Source: Candidatus Colwellbacteria bacterium (GTDB taxonomy: Bacteria; Patescibacteriota; Minisyncoccia; UBA6257; Colwellbacteraceae). Taken from it: DNA of 58,500 bases. The stretch spans positions 1-58,500 of the forward strand of contig JAQTUL010000008.1 in NCBI GenBank assembly GCA_028710275.1, written 5' to 3'. The position numbers and the translations under genes were made by a program. The notes under the pieces were generated by a model that saw only the letters and a program-made list of their open reading frames with translations, did no database searches and was not told where the DNA came from. The first letter of the stretch is position 1. Each line of letters opens with the position of its first letter. Of this stretch, positions 47,260 through 54,420 are shown piece by piece.

Positions 47260-47910
47260 ATGAAAAAGATAGGAATATTAGCCATAGTGATAGCAATAGC
47301 CGCCCTCGGCTTCACTTCGGCCTTGGCTGAAGTGACTACGGAAACAAACACTGCTTCCGGAACAATATCAGCACCAACCGTATCGTCAGCCGAAATTGAA
47401 AAGACTAAAGAAAATACCGAGATCATTACCGGTTATGGTAAAGATTATTTCGTCTGTATGGGTAAAGCGATATCAGTAAGGGAGGATGCTTTTATAAGTG
47501 GACTCTCCGCTTTTAATTCTTCTACACAAAACGCCTACGCGATAAGGAAAACATCCCTTATTTCCGCATGGAACTCTTCCGATGACAGGAATGTAATACA
47601 AAAAGCAGTAAATGATGCCGAGAAGACCTTTAAGGATACTAGATCAGCGGCAGAAAAAAATTGGAGCAGCGTTCAGAAGAAGACTTCAGAAGATTTCAAC
47701 GTTTCAAAGACAGCCTGCATTAAATTAAGCACAGCTATAAAGCCAACGACGTCCGCAAGCACGCAACAGTCTCTTTTAGAGATGATAAAACAGCTCCAGG
47801 CTCAGATAAAAGAGCTTCAGGCTAAACTTACGGCTCCTAAGCCCGCTACCACCATCGCTCCGGCCTCTACGACAACTCAGACGACGGTCGGAACAACTGA
47901 AACGCGATAA
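47260..47910 (+). CDS. Secreted hypothetical protein
   Basis: Signal peptide MKKIGILAIVIAIAALGFTSALA, a helical middle region and a T/A/P-rich tail. Confidence 0.6.
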   Translation: MKKIGILAIVIAIAALGFTSALAEVTTETNTASGTISAPTVSSAEIEKTKENTEIITGYGKDYFVCMGKAISVREDAFISGLSAFNSSTQNAYAIRKTSLISAWNSSDDRNVIQKAVNDAEKTFKDTRSAAEKNWSSVQKKTSEDFNVSKTACIKLSTAIKPTTSASTQQSLLEMIKQLQAQIKELQAKLTAPKPATTIAPASTTTQTTVGTTETR

Positions 47911-47930
47911 GTTATCAAAGTATCAAAAAA

Positions 47931-47957
47931 ACACCGCTATAATGGCGGTGTTTTTAT
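47931..47957. terminator. Terminator hairpin between the CDS and tRNA-Gly
   Basis: ACACCGC-TATAAT-GGCGGTGT followed by TTTT. Confidence 0.55.
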
Positions 47958-47962
47958 ATCTG

Positions 47963-48033
47963 AGCGGGATACCGGAATCGAACCGGCGCCATCACCTTGG
48001 CAAGGTGGCGTACTGCCACTATACTAATCCCGC
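47963..48033 (-). tRNA. tRNA-Gly(GCC)
   Basis: Reverse complement gives GCGGGAT..., anticodon loop TTGCCAA, T-arm GCCGG-TTCGATT-CCGGT, discriminator U. Confidence 0.88.
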
Positions 48034-48115
48034 TTTTACTCCCCTTTGAAAGAATACGATATTAAATCTAGCCGAAGATTTGCACGTTGTAAAGAAAACC
48101 GATAATATAGAGCTC

Positions 48116-48724
48116 ATGTTCCGGAAATGTCTGATTTTCGGGGGTATATCGGCCGCTTTTATAGCGGTCGCAACGCTTTCCGTATACCTATACACTAGGC
48201 CTATTGAGATACCGAAAAGCTTCACTGAAGCCAGAGGAAGAGGAGCTGATATAGCTTCTGCTATAAACGATTTTTCCGACCAAGCGAGGATAAGTCTAGA
48301 CGAGATAGTTAAAAGCGATAGGGAGGGAGATTATACCAAAGCACTCGATCTTACTATTATCGAGATAAAGAGGACTCGCGAAGCGAAGGATAAGGCAATC
48401 GAACTTCTGGGAGAGCTTCAGGAGATGGCTTCCGCTCTGGGAGAAATAAAGGCGGAAGGCCCTCAAAGCATAGGCATGCAGGCCGTATCAACCGAAGTAG
48501 GCTTAGTAAGCAAGCTAATCGAATATAATACCGATCTTGATAACCTTCTTAATAATATGAGAATGAAATTTGCTAGCTATCAGCCTGAAACATTCGATAA
48601 GGAAACAGAAGCTATCACAAAAAGAATGAATGATATCGCCCTCGATATAAATGGATCTAGTAGGAAATATCAGTCATTGATGAAGGAGTTCGATGAGCGG
48701 ACTGAAGCAAAAAAAATATTCTAG
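48116..48724 (+). CDS. Membrane-anchored hypothetical protein
   Basis: ATG followed by the TM helix CLIFGGISAAFIAVATLSVYLY. The ORF track starts at TTG 48080. Confidence 0.55.
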   Translation: MFRKCLIFGGISAAFIAVATLSVYLYTRPIEIPKSFTEARGRGADIASAINDFSDQARISLDEIVKSDREGDYTKALDLTIIEIKRTREAKDKAIELLGELQEMASALGEIKAEGPQSIGMQAVSTEVGLVSKLIEYNTDLDNLLNNMRMKFASYQPETFDKETEAITKRMNDIALDINGSSRKYQSLMKEFDERTEAKKIF

Positions 48725-48745
48725 GATACAAAAACACCCCGATAT

Positions 48746-48767
48746 GGGGTGTTTTTATTTATGGGTG
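48746..48767. repeat. Direct repeat GGGGTGTTTTTATTTATGGGTG (copy of the tRNA-His 3' tip plus trailer/terminator arm)
   Basis: Exact 22-bp match to 49712-49733. Confidence 0.8.
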
Positions 48768-48915
48768 CCGTCGTAGAGGAAGTTAGAACCGCATTAAAAG
48801 GCTATTGATTTATCATACCAGCCATGTAATACTCCAAATGTCTTTCGGTCCAACCATGGACTGGAAGGGTATCACATCCAAGAGCTGCCCTCCGCAAGGA
48901 GGGCAGTTTTAAATA

Positions 48916-49464
48916 CTATTCAGGTCTACGCTTTATATCCCTCCCCCAAACGTCATCCTCTAACTCGAGAATATCTGAATAACCATCTCCTCCGGTTCTT
49001 AATTCTCTTGAAATGTTATTTTTTGAAGAAAAGATAAAAACTTTCTTGCCTTTCCTTTTTAGATAAGTAACTAGAGCCAAAAAATCAGCATCTCCCGAAA
49101 AGAAAACAGCCGTATCATATTCATAAGAAAAATGGATTGCATCGATTGTTAACTCAACATCCATATTCCCCTTTTCTTCAATAATTTCACCTTCTTCGGT
49201 ATTTATACTTATGCGTTTTAATTCTTTCTTTCTAACAATAAAACCAAGACCCTTCTTTAAAAAAGTGAAAAACTTATGTTTTCCTTCTAAATTATAACTC
49301 CTAGTACCATCAGCCGGATAAGCAGTATAGTAAAAAACTTGAACATTTTGATCCTTAAATTTTTCCTTAATAAAGGCTAGTAACTTCTCATAATTAAGAA
49401 ATTTACCTTTTGCCTTTTGTGCCTCCCATAGATTAGACGCATCTATAAAAACGCTAATAGCCAC
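48916..49464 (-). CDS. NYN-domain (LabA/DUF88-like) putative RNase
   Basis: VFIDASNL...MDVELTIDAI...AVFFSGDADFLALVTYLKRKGKKV is the NYN/PIN-like acidic motif pattern. Confidence 0.7.
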   Translation of the reverse strand: MAISVFIDASNLWEAQKAKGKFLNYEKLLAFIKEKFKDQNVQVFYYTAYPADGTRSYNLEGKHKFFTFLKKGLGFIVRKKELKRISINTEEGEIIEEKGNMDVELTIDAIHFSYEYDTAVFFSGDADFLALVTYLKRKGKKVFIFSSKNNISRELRTGGDGYSDILELEDDVWGRDIKRRPE

Positions 49465-49535
49465 ATAGGAAGATTATCAGACTTTAACCCAAAAATCCCC
49501 TTCATTAGAAAATTATTTATCCTTTATAAACGATA

Positions 49536-49698
49536 GGTGTCTAACGGGAATCTCACGTCGTCGCTCCGTCTCCGCTTACGTTCCGCATCGCTCCTCTATG
49601 AAACCTCTCGGTTTCATTACTTCCTCCACGGGGCGCTCCCGGCGTGCCCCGACCCCCTGACTTGTTCGAATCCCTCCCAACCACTGCATAAATAAAAT
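49536..49698 (+). ncRNA. tRNA-3'-end-associated structured module, copy B (next to tRNA-His)
   Basis: Starts with GGTGTCTAACGGGA, the same 14 nt as 49730-49743. Has conserved GTCGTCGCTCC, hairpins AAACC/GGTTT and GGGGCGC/GCGTGCCCC (with a G.U pair only on this strand) and GTTCGAATCCC at 49664-49674. A terminator follows. Confidence 0.45.
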
Positions 49699-49729
49699 AC
49701 CCCTCCTAAGAGGGGTGTTTTTATTTATG

Positions 49730-49802
49730 GGTGTCTAACGGGATTCGAACCCGTGCCGGAGGCTCCACAAACCTCAGTGCTAACCACTACACCATAGACA
49801 CC
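49730..49802 (-). tRNA. tRNA-His(GTG) with encoded G-1
   Basis: Reverse complement gives G-GTGTCTA..., anticodon stem GAGGT/GCCTC with loop TTGTGGA, T-arm ACGGG-TTCGAAT-CCCGT, and an 8-bp acceptor including G-1:C73. Confidence 0.88.
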
Positions 49803-49979
49803 ATACATTTATGAAAGCGCAGGCTCATTGTAGCCGAAATCCGGCTTAAATCAAACCATGCCTGCAGAAGAGTAAATAAGGTCACCTGCGCGCCTTTTAA
49901 ACCGATTTCCCGTCTCTTTTCAAGCACTCAGATAACTGCTATCTTCTCTGAAGAGATCTTTTAAAAGGAGTGGTCGATA

Positions 49980-50423
49980 ATGGGTTCAAGACCGATTTCA
50001 GAGAAGAAGTTCCAGTCTCTTTTTTATCGTCCTAAGTTCACGGCTGATGATTTTTTCAGGTTAATGATATCCGTCATGACAATCAATGGAAAGAACGTAT
50101 TCTACTCAAACGACCTCGATAGGATATTCCAGTATCTCTATAAAAAAGCCTCAGCAAAAAAATATTCCTTTATATTAAGAGAGGTGGGATTCAGAGACAT
50201 TGGAGGCGGAGAGGTTACCTGCCCCGATCTATTAGACGCTCAAAGCAGAGCCTTAATCTGTCAGCTTATAGAGTATGGTTTTCTAGGTTTAGATCCTGTC
50301 CCCCGCAGGATACTGATAAGTTTGGACTATGCGCATTCCTGGTATATCAAGAATACCTGGACCTCCAGTCAGATGAAGAAGATTCTGAAAGACACAGGAA
50401 TAATACCAAAAAAGACCGGCTAA
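49980..50423 (+). CDS. Hypothetical protein
   Basis: 147-aa ORF with AAGGAG 8 nt upstream and a terminator downstream. Confidence 0.6.
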   Translation: MGSRPISEKKFQSLFYRPKFTADDFFRLMISVMTINGKNVFYSNDLDRIFQYLYKKASAKKYSFILREVGFRDIGGGEVTCPDLLDAQSRALICQLIEYGFLGLDPVPRRILISLDYAHSWYIKNTWTSSQMKKILKDTGIIPKKTG

Positions 50424-50443
50424 CCGGTCTTTTATTTTCTTTA

Positions 50444-50518
50444 TGGTGCCGCGGGAGGGAATTGAACCCCCGACACGACGCTCTTCAGGCGTCTGCTCTA
50501 CCACTGAGCTACCACGGC
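50444..50518 (-). tRNA. tRNA-Phe(GAA), CCA encoded
   Basis: Reverse complement gives GCCGTGGTAGCTCAGTGGTAGAGC, anticodon stem GACGC/GCGTC with loop CTGAAGA, then ...GCGGCACCA. Confidence 0.9.
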
Positions 50519-50597
50519 TTCTAACAAGGAAAAATATAACCAAAAGGCGGGTAAATTGCAATCGGATGAGAATATGTTTATATTTTATTGGTCTTTT

Positions 50598-50669
50598 CCC
50601 CTTGTAGCTCAATGGATAGAGCAATCCCGTCCTAAGGGAGAGATGAGGGTCCGATTCCTTCCAAGGGGA
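50598..50669 (+). tRNA. tRNA-Arg(CCT)
   Basis: Acceptor CCCCTTG/CAAGGGG, anticodon loop GTCCTAA, T-arm GAGGG-TCCGATT-CCTTC (C at loop position 55). Confidence 0.8.
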
Positions 50670-50676
50670 CAAAAAC

Positions 50677-50748
50677 GCTCCTGTAGTTCAACGGATAGAA
50701 CAGCTCCCTTCTAAGGAGCGGATGAGGGTTCGATTCCCCCCGGGAGTA
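50677..50748 (+). tRNA. tRNA-Arg(TCT)
   Basis: Acceptor GCTCCTG/CGGGAGT, anticodon stem GCTCC/GGAGC with loop CTTCTAA, T-arm normal (GGTTCGATTCC). Confidence 0.85.
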
Positions 50749-50749
50749 C

Positions 50750-51349
50750 ATGAATTTACAAGAAGAAAAGCTCTGCGAAACCGGTTCGAGGGCTTTTATT
50801 TTAGAACAAAGACTGCTTAAAAATCCGATCATCAGGACGATATTTGAGAAAGCTCCCTCTATCGGAATGCCAAATTGGCATCTCGGTGCTGGCTGTATAG
50901 CGCAAACTTTCTGGAACATTGAATACGGCCTTAATCCGACTTATGGCATAAAGGATTACGACCTCGTCTATTTTGATGAAAATATCTCTCATGAAAAAGA
51001 AGACGAATTCATCCGTCGTGGCAGAGAGCTGTTCTTTGATATTGGAGATATTATAGAAATAAGAAACGAAGCGCGCGTACACTTATGGTATGAAGAGCAT
51101 TTCGGCTACCCTATTAATCCATATCAATCGATGGAAGAAGCCGTCGGAAGCTGGCCGACCATAGCGGCCGCTGTCGCCGTCAGGTATGACCACGATGATG
51201 GTTTTATCATATGCGCTCCCTTCGGATTAGATGACCTCTTCAGCCTTGTCGTTAGGCCAAATAAGAAACAGATCACTAAAGAAATATACGATAGAAGAGT
51301 TGAAAGATGGGCCGCATGTTGGCCAAAACTTGATATAGTCGATTGGTAA
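50750..51349 (+). CDS. Nucleotidyltransferase-family protein (DUF925/NTP_transf_6-like)
   Basis: MPNWHLGAGCIAQTFWN...IKDYDLVYFD...EIRNEARVHLWYEEHFG. The start codon is 2 nt after the tRNA-Arg end. Confidence 0.65.
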   Translation: MNLQEEKLCETGSRAFILEQRLLKNPIIRTIFEKAPSIGMPNWHLGAGCIAQTFWNIEYGLNPTYGIKDYDLVYFDENISHEKEDEFIRRGRELFFDIGDIIEIRNEARVHLWYEEHFGYPINPYQSMEEAVGSWPTIAAAVAVRYDHDDGFIICAPFGLDDLFSLVVRPNKKQITKEIYDRRVERWAACWPKLDIVDW

Positions 51350-51399
51350 GAAATTGAAACTTGTCCCTTAGAGAAGAAATCTGGTAGGTTTATTGGTAT

Positions 51400-51470
51400 C
51401 GGAGTGTAGTATAATGGCAGTATACATGCTTTGGGAGCATGAGGTCCGGGTCCGATTCCCGGCTCTCCGA
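51400..51470 (+). tRNA. tRNA-Pro(TGG)
   Basis: Acceptor CGGAGTG/CTCTCCG (one mismatch), anticodon stem CATGC/GCATG with loop TTTGGGA, T-arm CCGGG-TCCGATT-CCCGG (C at position 55). Confidence 0.8.
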
Positions 51471-51475
51471 CAAAA

Positions 51476-51499
51476 AACCCCGCAATGCGGGGTTTTGTT
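51476..51499. terminator. Terminator after tRNA-Pro
   Basis: AACCCCGC-AAT-GCGGGGTT followed by TTGTTTT. Confidence 0.6.
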
Positions 51500-51503
51500 T
51501 TAG

Positions 51504-52073
51504 TTATTCTATGCAACAGTCCACTATCCTCTTCACTATCTCTCCCAATTTTCCAAAACCCTTCTTTTCCTCGACGACCTCAGTCCCATTTTCTTTCTTA
51601 GGATCTTTTTTATTTATCTCCGATACGGAAAGACTGTCATCCGCTATCTCTTTAACGCCTTCAACATTAATAAGCTTAAGATTAATGCCCCAGAAAAGCG
51701 AATATAAATCATAGGCTTTTTTAAACAGGTCCTCCGCCTCAGCCTTATTCCCTTGGCCTAGTTGTTTAGTTCCTACCTCCATAAGCCTCATCGATGCAGC
51801 TAATAAGTGCTTCGATATACACCACACTTCCCCCTCATATTCTTTAATCAGTTTTTTAAGAAGGTCTTTCCTTATCTCCCTCGTCGCGGCCAAAAGGTCG
51901 TAATAATCAGACCTTCCCGTTTTGGCCCCTGTAAAGAAAAGATGTTCCTCTATCGAGATAAGATTCATCACGGCAACCGATAAGTCCTCGTCTGAGGAAA
52001 GATCAAGCTTTCCTTTTTTCCCTTGCATCGCCTTTTCTATAAGACGTTCTATCTCTTGTTCTTTATTGTCCAT
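51504..52073 (-). CDS. Hypothetical protein
   Basis: 189-aa helical ORF. No family recognised. Confidence 0.6.
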   Translation of the reverse strand: MDNKEQEIERLIEKAMQGKKGKLDLSSDEDLSVAVMNLISIEEHLFFTGAKTGRSDYYDLLAATREIRKDLLKKLIKEYEGEVWCISKHLLAASMRLMEVGTKQLGQGNKAEAEDLFKKAYDLYSLFWGINLKLINVEGVKEIADDSLSVSEINKKDPKKENGTEVVEEKKGFGKLGEIVKRIVDCCIE

Positions 52074-52074
52074 T

Positions 52075-52593
52075 TTATTTTTCTATGATGGCCATAATAA
52101 GGCTCGCTATTAACACCGAGACGACCGGCATTGCGACTTTCTGAAAAGGAAACCACGCCTTTCCGCCATTCCTCTTTTTCAATTCCTCATAGCCGGAAGA
52201 CCCGATCATGAAAAAAATGCTTCCGACCACTACTCCAAAAATAAGTTTATCTATCCCGAGGAATGTATTATAAGGATGCCCTATCACTCCTGAAAAATAT
52301 AGCGGTATCAAAGTTAATCCGTAATATCCGATAAACGAGAGTGGAAGCACCCACTTATTAGATATTTTTTTCTTATCTCTCAGCCAATTGACCGTCCACA
52401 TCGATACGGAGAAAAGCAGGGATCCAGCCCATACCCCAGTTACAAGATCGCTTATACCAAACCACCTTGAAAGACCAAGGCCAGCCCCAACTGCTACCGT
52501 GCATACCGGACATATCGCCTGAGCTGGCAAAACAGAGAGCAAAAGCCCTAATAAGGAAAGCGATATGGATATCTTTATTTTACCCGGTTTCAT
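52075..52593 (-). CDS. Integral membrane protein (hypothetical)
   Basis: 172 aa, about five TM helices, with a CPVC motif in the first helix region. Confidence 0.6.
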   Translation of the reverse strand: MKPGKIKISISLSLLGLLLSVLPAQAICPVCTVAVGAGLGLSRWFGISDLVTGVWAGSLLFSVSMWTVNWLRDKKKISNKWVLPLSFIGYYGLTLIPLYFSGVIGHPYNTFLGIDKLIFGVVVGSIFFMIGSSGYEELKKRNGGKAWFPFQKVAMPVVSVLIASLIMAIIEK

Positions 52594-52958
52594 TTTTTAT
52601 TTTCCTTAAGATAATCGATTATATCCTTATCGCCCATAAAGCATTTTCCATTATGGAAAAGAAGAGGCACTCCCGCTTCCTCAAGCTTATAGCCGCACTG
52701 AGATGCTTTTGTCAGAAAATCGGCTGCGTTATCTCTAGATTGAGAAACCTCTTTTTTGACCATATTTATCTTAGCCTCCGTATTATCCTCGACCATGAAC
52801 TCCTCAACAATCATGCAATGAGGGCAGGTTAACGAATAATAAAATGTATATTCATCACTGCTCCTGTTAAAAACAAAAAAGAGACAAGCCGCTATCACGA
52901 TAATAAGCCCAGCCGCCGCGGCCACGGCGATATAAAGTACTTTTTTCTCAAGATTCAC
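52590..52958 (-). CDS. Membrane-anchored thioredoxin/glutaredoxin-fold protein
   Basis: N-terminal TM helix, then a CPHC redox motif (YYSLTCPHCMIVEEF) and GVPLLFHNGK. Confidence 0.7.
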   Translation of the reverse strand: MNLEKKVLYIAVAAAAGLIIVIAACLFFVFNRSSDEYTFYYSLTCPHCMIVEEFMVEDNTEAKINMVKKEVSQSRDNAADFLTKASQCGYKLEEAGVPLLFHNGKCFMGDKDIIDYLKENKK

Positions 52959-53031
52959 GGGATAATTAAATCACACCTCCGGATTTTACGGAACCATAGG
53001 GGGAGGTGTAACGTGATTCTCTATTATTCTA

Positions 53032-53207
53032 GCAGGGCCACAAGGCAATCTCACTACTTGTCCCGCGTATTAGCGGGACTGCGTTTTAGGAGCCTTCGGT
53101 TCCTAACGACCCTCGATATTCTCGGGTCTATCCTCCTCCACAGAGGGGATACCTGCGTCTCCCCTCCGACCCACCCCTTGTTCGAATCCTTGTGGTAATC
53201 CCGAAAA
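53032..53207 (+). ncRNA. tRNA-3'-end-associated structured module, copy C (next to tRNA-Trp)
   Basis: Starts with GCAGGGCCACAAGG, which matches 53242-53255 at 13 of 14 positions. Hairpins GTCCCGC/GCGGGAC, AGGAGCC/GGTTCCT (G.U only on this strand), GACCC/GGGTC and AGGGGA/TCCCCT. GTTCGAATCCTTGTGG at 53180-53195 is a 16-nt sense copy of the tRNA-Trp T-arm. Confidence 0.45.
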
Positions 53208-53242
53208 TAAAAAACCCGTCCGATGGCGGGTTTTTTATTTTG

Positions 53243-53313
53243 CGGGGCCACAAGGATTCGAACCCTGGTTAACGGTTTTGGAGACCGTCGTTCTACCACT
53301 GAACTATAGCCCC
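53243..53313 (-). tRNA. tRNA-Trp(CCA)
   Basis: Reverse complement gives GGGGCTATAGTTCAGTGGTAGAAC, anticodon stem ACGGT/ACCGT with loop CTCCAAA, T-arm CAGGG-TTCGAAT-CCTTG, discriminator G. Confidence 0.88.
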
Positions 53314-53364
53314 TAGCTTGTCTGAAAAATAACAGAAAAAGAGGTTGTTGCCAATCTCCCAGGA

Positions 53365-54321
53365 TTAAATCGTTATTCCTTCTCCCTCCGCTATAGCCAC
53401 CGCGTCAGCGGCGTTTTTTATGCCCATGAATCTAACCCTTAGTTCTTTTGCTTCGGGAAAACCCGAAAAATATCCAGCAAAATGATTTTTCATCAGATCA
53501 AAGCTCTCACTCTCACCGAAAAACTTTTCAAACAAAAGGGCGTGTTCCGCGGCCGCCCTTATCCGCTCATCCTTCAGTGCCTCCTTTCCTATAAAAAACC
53601 ATGGGTTCCCTACAAGCGCTCTCCCGACCATATACCCATCTATCTCAGCTTCCCTAGCCTGTTGTTCTCCCTTTTCTTTCATGGATATATCTCCATTACC
53701 TAAAACGATAATATCTTTATCTAATCCCTTTATTACTTCCCCAGCTTTCGCAATCGCCGCCCAATCAGCGTCTCCCTTTCTTTTCTCCGATCTTGTTCTT
53801 CCATGTATTGTTATCGCCGCCGGCTTCTCTCCCGCAATAATCGTTAGCCACTTCTCCATCTCTGATGTCGCTGAATATCCCAGACGAGTCTTGATTGATA
53901 CCGGTAATCCTTGGGAGCCCTCGATAGCAGCCGATAATATTTCAACAGCCAGCGATGGGGATTTCATAAGACACGCTCCCGCTCCTTGTTTTTCCACCCC
54001 ATCATCAGGACATCCCATATTTATATCTATTCCACTAAACCCTCTTCTCCTCGCTATCTCTCCGCACATCAGAAAATCATCAGGAATAGAGCCGAAAAAT
54101 TGGACGACGACCGGATTTTCCTTGAAAGAGAATTTCATCTCGTTCTCAAAGTTTTCTTCACCCCTTACTCTTATTCCAGCCAAAGACACCATTTCCGTCC
54201 ATATGACATCCGGCTTGCCGTATTTAGCAAGCATTTCCCTGAAAGATGCATCCGTCACTCCAGCCATCGGCGCGGACGCTGTTATCATTCCTTTAAGTTC
54301 TGCCCAAAATCCTCGGTTCAT
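53365..54321 (-). CDS. dus: tRNA-dihydrouridine synthase
   Basis: APMAGVTDASFR, DINMGCP and ITIHGRT. Confidence 0.88.
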   Translation of the reverse strand: MNRGFWAELKGMITASAPMAGVTDASFREMLAKYGKPDVIWTEMVSLAGIRVRGEENFENEMKFSFKENPVVVQFFGSIPDDFLMCGEIARRRGFSGIDINMGCPDDGVEKQGAGACLMKSPSLAVEILSAAIEGSQGLPVSIKTRLGYSATSEMEKWLTIIAGEKPAAITIHGRTRSEKRKGDADWAAIAKAGEVIKGLDKDIIVLGNGDISMKEKGEQQAREAEIDGYMVGRALVGNPWFFIGKEALKDERIRAAAEHALLFEKFFGESESFDLMKNHFAGYFSGFPEAKELRVRFMGIKNAADAVAIAEGEGITI

Positions 54322-54395
54322 ATTCTCTAAGTCTAACCGGAACAGCTCATCCTGATAAGATAATACTTGTTCTGTCGGTGGCTACAATCTAAAAA

Positions 54396-54418
54396 ACCGC
54401 CTTTCGGCGGTTTTTCTA
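54396..54418 (-). terminator. Terminator after argS
   Basis: On the minus strand, ACCGCC-GAAA-GGCGGT is followed by TTTTT. Confidence 0.6.
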
Positions 54419-54420
54419 TC

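Noticed and set aside
48019-48225. 68-aa minus-strand ORF
   Set aside because: It overlaps tRNA-Gly(GCC) and lies antisense to the better-supported plus-strand membrane protein gene.
49577-49617. 13-codon minus-strand ORF inside module B (ATG AAA CCG ... TAA) preceded by GGAGGA
   Set aside because: The ORF is not conserved in copies A, C or D: the start codon is missing or the frame differs. The GGAGGA is part of a conserved block that reads CCTCC on the strand favoured by the G.U evidence. It is treated as non-coding.
53681-54355. 224-aa and 114-aa plus-strand ORFs
   Set aside because: They lie antisense to the dihydrouridine synthase gene, which has unambiguous motifs.
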